Positions 26,579 through 39,809 of a stretch of 64,000 bases of DNA are shown here, piece after piece. Position 1 is the stretch's first letter. Each line of letters starts with the position of its first letter. A program made the translations under genes and the position numbers. The DNA is from Eledone cirrhosa (Eukaryota), in assembly GCA_964016885.1 (NCBI GenBank), contig OZ024743.1, positions 23,808,001-23,872,000 of the forward strand, in the 5' to 3' direction. Under the pieces are notes generated by a model. It did no database searches and was not told the DNA's origin. It worked only from the letters and a program-made list of their open reading frames with translations.

Positions 26579-27977
26579 GTATATTGTTCATGAAAGTCAT
26601 TTTAGAGTTATGTGCCTTTCCTACTGCAAACTATTCAGCCTGAAAGTAGGAAAGGATTCTGTTTGTAATGGACTCAAAGCAATGATTTTATATAGCAAGT
26701 TTTAAACTTTTAACTATGCAGTCAGTGGTTCAACACTTTCACGAAAAAAATTGTGATGAAATATTTAAAAACTAATGGTAGAATAGTCATATGCTTCTTT
26801 CTTTGACGTTTATATCATTTTTGAACATTGAAATAGAGATATGTTTAGGTCTTCAGTACAACAACACACATTTTAAAGCTATCTTCCCTGCTTTAGTAAA
26901 AGTTAGCTTTGCAGGCTCAGTGACAAGCCTCTTCATTTTTCCCTATTGTTTGCATTACCCTTCACCTACCCCCCCCCCTTATCTTTCATTTCCTCCTCCA
27001 TCATTTCTAGCCATATTTGTCTTGGTCTTCCCTTTCCTCTACTTCCTTCTTCATTTATTTCCATCACTCATCTCACACAGTCACTTCCATCTTCCTCAAT
27101 ACATGACCCAACCATCTCATTCCATTTCTCTAAACAACATTCATCACATACTCTATTCCCATCATTCTCTGCAATTCATTGTTTGTCTTCTTTCTCAGTG
27201 ATACTCCACTCATCCACCACACCATTCTCATTTCTGTTCTTCCCAGTCTTCTCTGTTCCTCCACATTTATCACCCATATCTGACTCCCATGTTTAGATCT
27301 TCAATGTGCCAGTGAAAATGTTTTTGTTTTATATACAAACGAATTAAGATCCTCTTAAACATTTTCGTAGTTTAACCAGAATGGTTGAACAGAAAAAGAC
27401 TAAAAGTAGGTTTGTTTATTCAAATGTTTTCAGTGTCTTTACTTGTTGACAGATAGTTTTGAAAAATAGCAGTATTGCAAGAAACATTTTGATGTAGTCA
27501 TTTGTGCTAAAATGTTGCATATTCATGGCTGTTGATTAATTAAATAATGATAATCTAAAAAATAGATGCACTCAAGAATGATAATGAAAAGGAGGATGTT
27601 AGTTATAAATTTAGTGCATTAGTAACAGACATATTCATATAAACATTACAGAGTGGGCTAGGTGCATTTTATCATGGCACTGTCTGAAAAATTTCTCAAA
27701 TAACAGTATGGAGAATTCTTACACTATTACATCCTTTTAACCTGACAGAAGATCAAAGATTTAAGCTGTAGAGGGGACAAAGTGTTGTGACTTTCATGTC
27801 ATTCTCTCAAGTACATCAGCAGCATAAACTGAAGTGAAATAATTTACCAGGTATCATACCAGCTGGTATTCAGTTTTCTGGTTTACTTTACTTCACTAGC
27901 TACTTTTTTTTTAATTTGCACAAGGCCAATTTTCAAGAAAACAGATTAGCCATTCTATCAGTGATTGTCTCATATGA

Positions 27978-28192
27978 TTAATCCTTTAGCATTTACATTA
28001 CTCTATATTTACTATTGTATTTTCACGGTAAAGGCTTTATCTCATATATTGAATATATGAGATTTTGATATTATATATTTTGAGAACAATACCTTAACAT
28101 CATCAGTATGAGTGGCCAGTTAAAGCCGGTTGAACAGAAAGAGGTGAGAGGATTCTGGCCAGATATAACTGGTTTCAATACTAAAGGGTTAA
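27978..28192. mobile_element. piggyBac-type MITE, 100 bp upstream of a VGLL4 exon
   Basis: TIRs and TTAA duplication. Confidence 0.9.
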
Positions 28193-28292
28193 GAAAATTT
28201 CATTGTTCTCATATACTGCTAAGAACATTTCACAATACACAATCATTCTACAGTTACAGAAAATTTTAAATGTATATGCTACACTTTTTCAG

Positions 28293-28409
28293 GTATGTGT
28301 GATCCAGAGGAACATTTTCGTCGGTCTTTAGGAAATGACTATAAGAAATTAAATCGCCAATCTCCCGTTCCTATGATTAAAGCTAAGGCTGCAGATTCTG
28401 TTGCATCAG
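28293..28409 (+). CDS. VGLL4: VGLL4/Tgi-like internal exon (117 nt, phase 1-1) with Tondu motif 1; missed by the ORF track
   Basis: tttttcAG acceptor at 28291-2, donor G|GTAAGC at 28410. Translates (G)MCDPEEHFRRSLGNDYKKLNRQSPVPMIKAKAADSVAS, in frame with both neighbouring exons. Confidence 0.92.
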
Positions 28410-28939
28410 GTAAGCCCTCACTCTTCTTATCTTTAAATAATATATGAAATTTGAACACAGGTATGGCTGAATGGTTAAAAAGATTACTTCATGGTCATGT
28501 GTGTGTGTTATCTTCATTTAATGCCTGCTTTCACTGCTAGCAAGGGTTTGACAGGTCTTCACAGACTGAATCAGTACTCAAGCAGGGCTACTGGCATTTC
28601 AGATAGGCAGGAGGAGTGGATCTTGATTACATAAAATCTTTTGCTCCACCAAATGCATTTTATTGTGATTAGGGAGATTGTCGTGTCTTTGATACAGGTG
28701 AACAATCCTCCCAGTTTGGCAGGGTTTTTTTATGACTGGGCATCATTCCTATCACTAATCCCTTTACAGAGTGTACTGTAAAGTGATGAGTGAGAGAAAG
28801 TTAGATCACCAACAATAGAGATGTTGTCATGTCTTTGACACAACTGAAGAGTCCTTTCAACTCTTTGTTTGGGAAGCTTTCTATAGCTGGATGCCATTCC
28901 TATCACCAACCACTTTACAGCTTATGCAATATATATATA

Positions 28940-29799
28940 CTAGCTGGCCCGTCCGGCTAGGTATCCCTGCCCCCACCACTCCACTGCAAAGATACCACAC
29001 ACCATCCCGTGTCCTTCCGTCTCTCTCTCTCTCTCTCTCTGCAGTTTTCCTAATCTGTCTCTCTAAGAGGGTTGCCTTTTGATGTATGTATTACCTGCTT
29101 GTGTGTTGACCGAATGTGAAGGAGGTTATCCTTTTGAAATAAACATACATACGACGCTCATCTCTATGTTGATATATGATATAAATAATGGGATTGTTGA
29201 GTTAATATCTGTATACAATAACTACAACGGTACGCGATGGGGCCCACACACAGCCCCGGCGGACAGAATGGAGAAGGCGTTTCCCCGGAGGACGGCAAGG
29301 GAGACGCGCTGGAAAAGCCACTCCAACTCGCGGGGCTCACACCTGCGGCTGGCCAGCTCAGCGCATATGATGGTGAGTAAGGAGGTAGCCCTGGGGTCGA
29401 GGACACCAGAAGTCTCCACTGTCGGAGAGCGACCCGTATTTGAGGAGTTTGACCCCCTCAGCCCAACGTGCAGCAGAACCTGGGTATATATTGATATATT
29501 GAAGGTAGATACGGAACGTAAAAGAGTGTTGTCATATAGAGAGTGAAGAGAGACAGAGTAAAGCAGTTAAATTATAGAGAGGGTGAAAGAGGGAGAGAGA
29601 GAGACGACCCTCACCTTTATAATATTAGAGAGTGAAGAGCGACAGAGAGAGTAAAGCAGTTAAATTATAGAGAGGGGGAATGATCTATTATAGAGAGAAG
29701 GAAGAGCAACGGAGAGAGTAAAGCTAAGAAACTATAGGGAGATGTGTAGGATACATACATAATACATACACACGACACTCAGCTTTATAATATTATAGA
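28940..29799 (-). mobile_element. Non-autonomous Helitron-like element carrying a CRE-retrotransposon fragment
   Basis: Minus strand starts A^TCTATAATATTATAAAG, ends with a short GC-rich tract and CTAG^T; no target duplication seen. Confidence 0.65.
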
Positions 29800-29811
29800 T
29801 ATATATATATA

Positions 29812-30085
29812 TGGAAACCGGGTGATGTGTTGTTTCCTTGAGCAAGACACTTTATTTCACATTGCTCCAGTTTACTCAGCTGTAGAAATGAGATGATAGG
29901 GACTGGGGTCCCTATCATTTCACTGCAAAGTGGTCGTGGAGGTGCCACGACAAAAAAGCACCCAGCACTCACTGTAAATGAGGTTGGTGTTAGGAAGGGC
30001 ATCCAGCTGTAGAAATCAAGCCAGAATCAGTTCCCGTTCCACCCTTGCAAGCAGGGAAAAAGCGAACGTAAAATAAAATGATGAT
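29812..30085 (+). mobile_element. SINE family B, 5'-truncated
   Basis: Near-identical to 33125-33360. Confidence 0.85.
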
Positions 30086-30096
30086 ATATATATATT

Positions 30097-30281
30097 TGTT
30101 TCTACTTTTTGGCACAAGGCCAGCAATTACCCAGTGCATTACTGGTACTTTATTTTATCGACCCCGTAAGGATGAAAGGCAAAGTTAACCTCGGCGGGAT
30201 TTGAACTCAGAATGGCAAGGGCCGTAACTCTATGCGTCAAAGCATGGCATCCAACCCTCTACCGATACTGCCAATCCACCA
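30097..30281 (-). mobile_element. SINE family A
   Basis: Full-length. Confidence 0.87.
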
Positions 30282-33057
30282 CAATGTTCTTCCATTATCT
30301 GTGGCAACAATGAATTTAGAGAAGATGATACTGTTGCCTTTGCTAGTGTTAAATTCCTTTGCTTCTCCAAATATAGAGATTAATTACTAATGGCCAAGGG
30401 TCTACCTATACACAATTTTGTAATTAAAGCCCTAAATAGTCACCACTGCCTATTGTTCTGCTACTCAAATATTGCTATAGAGTTTCTAGTACAAAATGAT
30501 GCAATGTATCCTGTGAATCAAAAATACTGAAACAGTGAGGAAACCTTGACACAAATAAGACAATACCTCTCTCTCTTAGTCTCAGAAGTTGGCATTCATT
30601 GGAAGAATCATCATCATTGTTGTTTTAACGTCCACTTTCTCTGCTATATTTAGAAAATATTGTACCAAATCTACGGAAGGAAACACGAGTATGTTTATAC
30701 TATTGGTTACTTCTGCGGAACTAAAAGGGCAATATAATCATCATTGTTTTTATATCTGCTCTTCCTTGCTGGCATGGGCTGGACAAGACATCTTTCTGGC
30801 AGTATTCATAAGAGGGGACTAAAAGGGTTGGTGCCAGGAATAGCATCCAACTATAAAACATTGCTTCAGAAAGGATCCTATGATGTGTATGAAGCCTATC
30901 ATGGGGCCCACATGGCTAGTTCCAGCTATAGCAGGGGGAAAATGACCTTGAAACACTTGCTGCTGCTATGTACAAAAGAGATGAAAGAGTAACAAGCTTG
31001 TCAGGGTTCAAAATTCAGAACTGAAGGTGATAAATAAACTCCTCTCATACAACTCCCACAGATACTGTTTAGGCCAGCAGTGTACTGTAAAGGTTACATC
31101 TTGAGAGTTTAGACTAAGCCATCTTATTTTTATACTGCAATTAAGCAAAGGTGCTCGACAACCAGCAGAGAAGGTGTTAGTTCATACTATGTTATGTCCA
31201 AGACACGACACATGAGAGTTTCTATGTGGTTGCTCAAGCCATTAGAAATACCAACCAAATCTCCCTCTTGCTTAGAAAAGGTGACATCATTTGCTTCGTT
31301 AACATATTTTAAATAAATATTTCTTTCATTATTAAGATGATGTTTGTAACATAAATTGATAAAAAAACTCTAATACCAAATTGTTGGAAGGTTTTAATTT
31401 TGAATAGGAACTCTTTATAATGAGTGACTATTTTTAGGGAGATTGGCATGGGAAAGGTTAACACAGTGGCTCTAATACTAAGATTTGAACTCATAATCAT
31501 GTGGTCAGCAGTTTGGTGTCTTAGTACCACAGCCAATTTACCTATATATTTCTGTTATCAACTACATATAATTAATAGTTTTACTTTTATTTCTTTCTCT
31601 TCAAAAACACTCCTGTAGTAGCTGTTTTTTGCTAACATCTATATAATACTGTTGCATGTTTTTGTTTTAGTGAACAACAGTGAAAATGAACCTGTTGGGG
31701 CTTGTAGTGACCGGCTCATCTTATTGACAACACAAGAAAACAGCCGTAAGTTTCAATTACAATTTCTTTATTGTTCTTTCACTTTATGGCTAAGGTATCA
31801 AATGAATACCACGGTATCATTTGTTTTATCCTTACTGCATGGTAGTGATACATAGCCGTTGAAAACAAATGGTCTGCATTGTTAACTGAATAGAAATTAT
31901 AATATGATCCAACAAGTCATATCCAATATGGATGTATAAGGCTAACCAGAATGAAAGACAAAGTGTAAGTTAACTGAGACAGAACAGCTGAGTATTAAAT
32001 GCATCAGCTGATGATGTATGCAAGATATAAGTGCATTTATATAAACATGTGATGTGGATGGAAGAAAAATGCTGGATAAGAAAGTACCATGTGCTGACAG
32101 TGGAATGTACCTCTGACTGAGAAAGTCCTGGGAAATGGTGGAATCAAATTTCAGGTCATTGGGTTTCAGAGATAAAATGACAATAGACGTGTAGTCGTAA
32201 CATATATGATGATGTATTTTAGCCATTAAGTCCCTCAAAGGAAAATTGTCAACTTTTAACAAGCTAGAGTACAGTAACATTGTATTTCTATGGCTTGGGT
32301 GTTAAAAAGTCTACTCTGTTATACATGCTGCTTTTAGCCTCTTCTGCTGCCGCGGTACACAAGCTGAACTAAGAATTGGCTAGAAATAGCAACCAAGTTA
32401 CTCTAAATTTATACCCTGACAACTTAAATAAAGGAAAAGACATTACATCATGTAGTCATACAAACCCATAAAACGGTTGCTTTGTCACAGCTGGAATACC
32501 TTTGATCATAGGCAGAGGTATAACTAGGGTATGGCAAGCATGGCATATGCGGTAGGTGTCACATGAAGCTGTCACTTGGACTAGGAGCACATTTTATTAA
32601 AGTCAAATAAGCCTCATCAGAGAGTGAAAAAAGAAACTTTTTCAGATGTATGATCTATCTTTATCATGAGTGAGATCACTATGGTGGCTGGATCATTAAA
32701 TCATTTATATAAATTATTAGGTCTATAGGTAAAAATACAGTTCTGGCCATTTCGCTTGACAATTTCCCAGCCTAGGCAGTTATTTCAACTACACTCTGCA
32801 TATAAAATGGTGAGGGCATTGCCCTGGAGAACAGCCAGCAACACTCACTGCTTCAGCCACTACATCTCATGGAGCTTCTTCATCAAGCAGGATGCACTCC
32901 TTCTCTGTATTGGGGGGGGGGGACTGAGAAGTGTCAAATCATAAGTATCACCACCACCACCTATAATCACCCAAATCTCCTTTAAATTACATCCTAACAT
33001 CTTTCAAAATGTAAGAACATATCAGATGATGTCATCATTATTATCATCATCATAATA

Positions 33058-33371
33058 TGGAGGCACATGGCTTAGTGGTTAGAGCATTGGCCTTGCAATC
33101 GAAAGGTTGTGAGTTCAATTCTCAGACCAGGTGATGTGTTGTTTCTTTGAGCAAGACACTTTATTTCACATTGCTCCAGTTTACTCAGCTGTAGAAATGA
33201 GATGATAGGGACTGGTCGTGGAGGTGCCACGGCAAAAAAAGCACCCAGCCCACACTGTAAATGAGGTTGGTGTTAGAAAGGGCATCCAGCTGTAGAAATC
33301 AAGCCAGAATCAGTTCCCGTCCCACCCTTGCAAGCAGGGGAAAAGCGGACGTAAAATAAAATAATAATAAT
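33058..33371 (+). mobile_element. tRNA-head CORE-like SINE, family B, with RTE-like tail
   Basis: TGGCTTAGTGGTTAGAGC A box, GAGTTCAATTC B box, CTTTGAGCAAGACACTT core, GGTGTTAGAAAGGGCATCCAGC and GGACGTAAA tail shared with the RTE 3' UTR. Confidence 0.85.
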
Positions 33372-33595
33372 CACTTTTACATCAACTTTTCCATGTTGGC
33401 ATGGGTTGGACAAGGCTTTTTAAGTCATTTTTTTACAACGAGATGGTTCATGCCATCATGGCATGAACCATTTTAGTCACTTCTTACAACATGCATGGAT
33501 ACAGTGTACCTATCCTAAACCAGAAGCCTAGATATTCCTGAAAATAAGCTGAACATTTTTAATTATAGATCTACTCAATCGGGGCTGACCTAGGA

Positions 33596-33798
33596 TTAAC
33601 CCTTTAGCATTTAAACTGGCCGTATCTGGCCAGAATTCTCTCACCTCTTTCTGTTCAAACTGGCTGCTCATACTTAGGTTAAGGTATTGTTCTCAAAATA
33701 AATATCAAAATCTCTTAGATTTGATATTATGTGAGATAAAGTGTTTACTGTGAAAATACAATAGTAAATATAGAGTAATGTAAATGCTAAAGAGTTAA
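33596..33798. mobile_element. piggyBac-type MITE
   Basis: TIRs and TTAA duplication. Confidence 0.9.
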
Positions 33799-34364
33799 AC
33801 AAGTGAGAAGTAAAACATGAAGTGTTTCTCACCATTTCCAAATCAGATATAACTAAAGTAAATTAGACCTACATGCAGATATTATACAGCTAATGTTAAT
33901 TGACCACCCAAAATAGAACCATTTATTTTAGATTTTGAAAATATATTTGTTTTGATATTGATATTATTTTCATCTTTTTCTTATTGGTGTTGATGTTGTG
34001 TGTGTGTGTATATATATATATACATATACATATACATGAATGTGTGTGTGTTTAATTTAATCTCTCATTTCCTAATTCATTAGAATGTACTGAAATTCTA
34101 TCTTTTAGCTTAGAGTGTGTGAAGAAAAATTCCAAAAATTAAAATAAGGCAACAATGTTGAATTACAAGATCTAGTGCTAAAAGTTTTGCTGATTCAATA
34201 TTTGTGAGTCAACAGATTTCACACTGAACATAAAACAAAACTGACTTTTGCTTCTATCATTCTAAGAACTGTTTAAAAGTTTATCATTTCTGGTATCTCA
34301 AGAATTATTTGTTTCTTTTTCTTTTCTTTTTCTTTTTTTACTATTACTTCTCTGACCCCACCCC

Positions 34365-34424
<60 letters not shown>

Positions 34425-34696
34425 CTCTTATGAAAAGTTGTTGCCATTCTTCATAGAAACATCAAATTCCTCTCAGTCACATATCCAAATGGAGCAGTGT
34501 AAGTAAATGTAGCACTTGTCAGTAGAGAGAGTTAGCAACTGATCAGAGCTGAAGTATTTTCTGGCTCTCAAGAGGAATCTTAGTGTTTGTGATGTAATTT
34601 TGGCAATATTTATGCGATGATGATATACATATATCATCATCATTATCATTGCCATCATCACCATTTTACATCTGCTTTTCCATGCTTGATGGGTTA

Positions 34697-34746
<50 letters not shown>

Positions 34747-35550
34747 CATGAGAGATCATATATTATGACCAGTAGATAGTATCAGCAATGGAAACATTGT
34801 TTCCTTGGTCCGATTTGATGAGCTCCATCCCATTCAGTAAGCAAATGAAGTCTGGGATCTTGTCGATCGAACTCTATCTATGCTATAATTCACAGTAAAT
34901 TTGAGAATTTTGATTATGTTAAACCTTTCATTACCGTATTTCTAATAAAGTACAATGTATCTTAATCAATGAAGACTTTGAGTGATTTACTAAAATTATT
35001 AATCATTTCATTGTCGAACATGAAATTATTGTTGTTTTATTTAGCCTCATGTCAGCTCTGATCAAAAGTATTTCATCGATGACCATCCTGTCATTTTTAG
35101 GAATATTTCACTTTTTTTAAGAAAATATAGTATAACATTTTGCCTGCTATTTTTAGCATGTTAAGGAACCATAAGTGGATGTTTAGTGTGCATGTGAATA
35201 AGGTCCTTGTGCAGAAGGTTATGGTGAAATAAAGCATATCATTTGGATTATAAAGCAATACAAGGGTGGTGTATTAGCAGTTTGGTTAGAGCATCGGGCA
35301 AATGCTAAACTATTTAATCTGTCTCTTTATGTTCTGAGTTCAAATCCTACCAAGCTCAACTTTGTCTTTCATTTTTCCTGTGTTGATAAAATAAAGTACC
35401 AGTCAAGTAGCGGGGTTGATGTAATCAACTTTGCTCTCTCCACAAATTGTTGGCCTTGTACCTAAATAAGAATTCATTATAAAGTAATACTTCTGCTGTT
35501 TTTTATGCTTCCTAAAGTTAATATTTTTTCCTTTCCTTTTACTTTTGTAG

Positions 35551-35816
35551 CGTCTGTCGATGACCATTTTAGAAGATCGCTGGGCAATAGCACGTGGACG
35601 AATTTGAAGTCTAAGACTGACGTATTGATTGAATCAGTGGATGACCATTTTGCAAAAGCACTTGGAGACACTTGGCATCGAATCAAAGCCGAGCAAGAGA
35701 ACCACTGCAACTCATCGCGGTCATCTTCACCTTTGCAGTTGCAACCACAACCAACATCACAGCAACAAACTCCGACAGCAGCGCAGCAACAGCAGACACC
35801 CCTTGTCTCAACATAG
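35551..35816 (+). CDS. VGLL4: VGLL4/Tgi-like terminal coding exon with Tondu motifs 2 and 3
   Basis: Acceptor ctttccttttacttttgtAG ending at 35550; encodes SVDDHFRRSLG and SVDDHFAKALGDTW; stop TAG 35814-16. Spliced CDS from 20249 is 837 nt (278 aa). Confidence 0.95.
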
Positions 35817-36256
35817 TCTCAAGTTGCTGCTGCCTGTACGTCCATCCATCTGCTTGTGAACTGAACTGAAATGCATTGTTGACTATTATAAAGAACAATT
35901 TTATGTGTGAGATTGTGTATGTGTGTGTGTGTTTGGTGTATAGACATATATACACATGAATGTATGCATGTATACTTATTTCTCAACTACACACACATGT
36001 AGCAATATGTATATACAACTATGCAAGATCTCTCTCTCTTTCCTTCTTATATATGTCTTCCTTTCCTTCCTTTCTTCCCTCTTTCTCTGTCTCTCTCTTT
36101 ATTCTTGAAATATAATCAATACTATAAAGATACTGATGAAGTTATGGAAGGAAAACTTTTTGTTTCTGTGTATTGTGAGTAGTTTACTTGAATGAAAAAT
36201 CACTTCTGATTTTCTCTTTCTCTCTTGCTCTCTCTTCCCCACTCTCCTTCCATCCC

Positions 36257-36304
<48 letters not shown>

Positions 36305-38149
36305 CACACACACACATACACACAAACATGCAGCCGACACCCAAAGGAGCACATGTTTAAAATGGTAAATTTTTTCTTATTTGACATCTTTGAGAGGCTC
36401 GTGTGCAAGCAAAGTAATATTTGTTTCTTATGTGGTAACCAAGTGATGGATGGGTGAATATCCTGTAACTTGTTGTATCGTTGGTACAACCCTAAAGTCT
36501 TTCGTCTTCATGTAGAGCAAGTCTGCCTGAAGAAATAGTGAGGTTCGCCTCTCCAAGCTATATTAACTGGAAGATTTGAGCTAAGCATTGCAAGCTCAAC
36601 ATAAACACACTCCTCAGTTATTCAATGCTCCCCACTTCTACATTTAGCATCACGCTAGGCTCCTGCCTTTGCTATATATAAGACTGTGATCCATTGAGCG
36701 TTGAGTGATATGACAGAACAAGAACCAAGAACACTTCTGTGAATAGGCTGAGACCCATCAATTCGTCTCAAAGATGTTTCTCATTGAAGAGATAGATACC
36801 TGGCTAAAATGGTGTTATGTTGATATTTTAATTACACTGCATTAAACATGCTGAAGTAATTAATCAAACCTTCCACAGACACAAACACCTACGTACATCA
36901 CAAAATAAAAATGGCAATAATAATTTTAAGACAGCTGGTCAGTTGGTATTTATAATTTCTCGGCTTCTATTTCATTTCTCCTTCACTTAAATAGCTATTT
37001 TCTATTCTCTTTTTCTTACCCACTTCTTCCATTATATCTTCCCTATCTCCCAGTCTTCTTTTCTCTCTCTATCCTTCCTATCTCCCAGTCTTTTCTCTCT
37101 CTATCCTTTTTCTCACACTTTTCATTTACTGTTTTGAACTCTTCCCCATCAACTAAATCTCTTACCAAACTTTATTTTCTTCATTCTTTCCTCTATTCAA
37201 CTCAATTTTCATTGTACTCAGTCTGTCTGTCTTTGTATATTTGCAGAAATATTTGTCACCATGTATATGTGATTGTATGTATGTGAGAAGAATGCTCTGT
37301 GATGACAACTGCTCTCCTCTATCCACAAATTGAAACTATGCAACTCCTGTCTCTCAAATTTAGTAATCCACTAAAACACTACAGGCTCCTTGCAAGTTGG
37401 TATTATGGTCTGTTAATTTGTTTGCATGTATGCGTACATGTGGTGTGTAGATGCCTATGAATAAAATATAATCACATACCTAAGCACCCTCACAGAATCC
37501 TGTGGAGTGAATCTCTTGATGTTTGAAACTAAAGGGAAGAGGAAAATAAAATTATTGAAAAAATATATAATATAAGAATTTCAAAGAATAAAAGAATTGT
37601 TTGTTTTTTTTTCTTTTCAAATTTTCTGTTTTAATATTTTATTGTTTTAAATTCCATGTTTTAATATTTTGCATTTTTATTTTATGTATTAATATACATT
37701 TTACTAAAAACAGAAATCAAATTGATTCTTTAAAGTATTTATTTAATAAGTATTGTTTAGAATAAGAGATATTTCTACCAGACAGCTGACCAAGTCAACA
37801 ACAGTTGTAACTCTTTCATCTCTAGTCCCAACAATAGTTGTAATGTTAAAATTCATTTAGAATTGAACCCCGCCTTTAGTTGTTATATTTTGCTGCAGCA
37901 GTGGATCCTGCCTGAAGTCTGCTTTGAAGTGTGTTCATTTCTGATGTAAAATGCTCAGTGATTGGTTGAATTAGGAAATTATGTTTAGTTTGAACCAATC
38001 GGGAAAGGTTATGAATAGTTTTAGCATCATGGTAGATAGATACAATTTACAAGTGAGAAACAGATCCACATTGTTTTTAGAAGGAATTTTTTTTTTTTCT
38101 TAAACTTAGTATCGGGTCAAGAAAGTAATTATATTTTTTAAGGCTTTTC

Positions 38150-39600
38150 AGAAATTGATGCTGGAGCAGAAAAAAACTGAAATATATTTGGAATATCAAG
38201 AGAATTTATCAGATATTGATTTAATGTCTGAATCTGACTCTGAAGATGTATCGATGATGAATTTGTACGGGAACCAAGATGACAGTGTGATGATGAACCG
38301 ACTTTAGAATGGAGTGATCGGTTCTCAGAAGTTAGGTTAACATATTCAATGGAAATCTCAGACCAGTAGATATCTTAGACTCTGAGAAAAAAAGAAATAG
38401 ATATTTTTTTCTTTTTATTATTTAATCACAAGCTCTTTGATTTGATGGCAAATTAAACCAACAAATATGCCGAACCGAAAGGGCCGATTCAAAGTGGTGT
38501 AACACAACAGTATCTGAAATGAGGACCTATATTGCCTTTCAAATAATGATGGGGATTGTTTCTGTACCAAAGCAAGACATGTATTTCTTGAAAGACAGCT
38601 TGTTCTAGTCTACAGGGATCAAGGATTTAATTACCAGAGATGGGTTAAATAAATTGACTCAATATTTCTGATGTCGCCCAGAATCCAGCTTGTGGCCATT
38701 CTGGACATGACAAGACTTGCTCGTGTAGGTCTTTTATTGAACAGACATGTCAACATCTAATGTCATAGTATAACCCACACTGTGAAACATCTATTGACGA
38801 GGCTATGATTACCTTCACCCGACAACTGGTTTTCAAGCAGTTCATTCCGTTGAAGCTTAAAAAATGAGGAATGAGGGTGTGGGCTGATCCCCACAATAGT
38901 TATGTCAACGACTTCCAAGTTTATACTGTGAAAGTTACAAATAAGTCCAAACAAGGAATTGGAGAAGAGACACATGGGAACAAAACCACCATGTGTATTG
39001 TGATAATTTTTTTTCATCTGTAAAACTGTTTAAGGACTTTTACATAATGGGACTTATGCTTGCAGCTGAGTACGTAAACACAAGAGGCTAGCCAAATAGA
39101 AAAAAAATAAGGTGACTTGATTCAAAAACAAAAGGAGGACCTAGTGGCAATAGCTTGGCATCAGATTGTAACACTGTTGGCAACAAATGACTTAACCTTT
39201 AGCAGGCTGAATTTTATTATGAATTGCTTCTCTTGACACTGCACTATGTATTAAGGGGGGGTTACTCTATCAGCGACTTAATGTGCCTAGAGGGCCCAAA
39301 AGATTAAGAAATGTCCGGTAAATACCAAAATGTGCCATGTCCAAGAGCAATGAAAAATTATACTGAGCACATGAATGGTGTGGACTATTTTGCAGGTCAG
39401 TTGAGCCACCTACTGCATTGGAAAGAAGTCCAAATGGTGGAAATATTTGTTTCATTTTATTGTTGATGTGGCTATATGTTCATTGTTTGTGCTGATGAAA
39501 GAGTCACCAAGTCACAAGCTCCTATCTAAAAATTACAAGAACCAAAAACAGGATGTGAACCGCTGCATCAGCTGTTTCAAGCCATATCATCTTGAACATT
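38150..39600 (+). pseudogene. Fossil piggyBac transposase (PGBD4-like)
   Basis: Acidic N-terminus, EMRTYIAFQIMMGI, SIDEAMITF, DNFFS, KSKWWKYLFHFIVDVAI; many stops and frameshifts. Confidence 0.8.
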
Positions 39601-39634
39601 TCCAGGTATATATATGTTAAGAGTTAAAGAAAAT

Positions 39635-39809
39635 AATTGTTTCTACTTTTGGCACAAGGCCAGCAATTATCCCAGTGTATTACTGGTACTTTATTTTACC
39701 GACCCCCGTAAGGATGAAAGGCAAAGTTAACTTTGGCAGGATTTGAACTCGGGACGTAACTGTGCTGAAAGCATGGCATCCGACCCTCTGCCGATACTGC
39801 CAATCCACC
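39635..39809 (-). mobile_element. SINE family A
   Basis: Full-length. Confidence 0.85.

Noticed and set aside
33058-33130. tRNA gene
   Set aside because: The A and B boxes belong to a SINE head that continues into SINE body sequence.
36128-36175. CTGATGA in the VGLL4 3' UTR region
   Set aside because: No correctly placed GAAA, stem III or stem I.
36900-37600. VGLL4 polyadenylation site
   Set aside because: Several AATAAA hexamers in AT-rich DNA; none can be chosen without transcript data.
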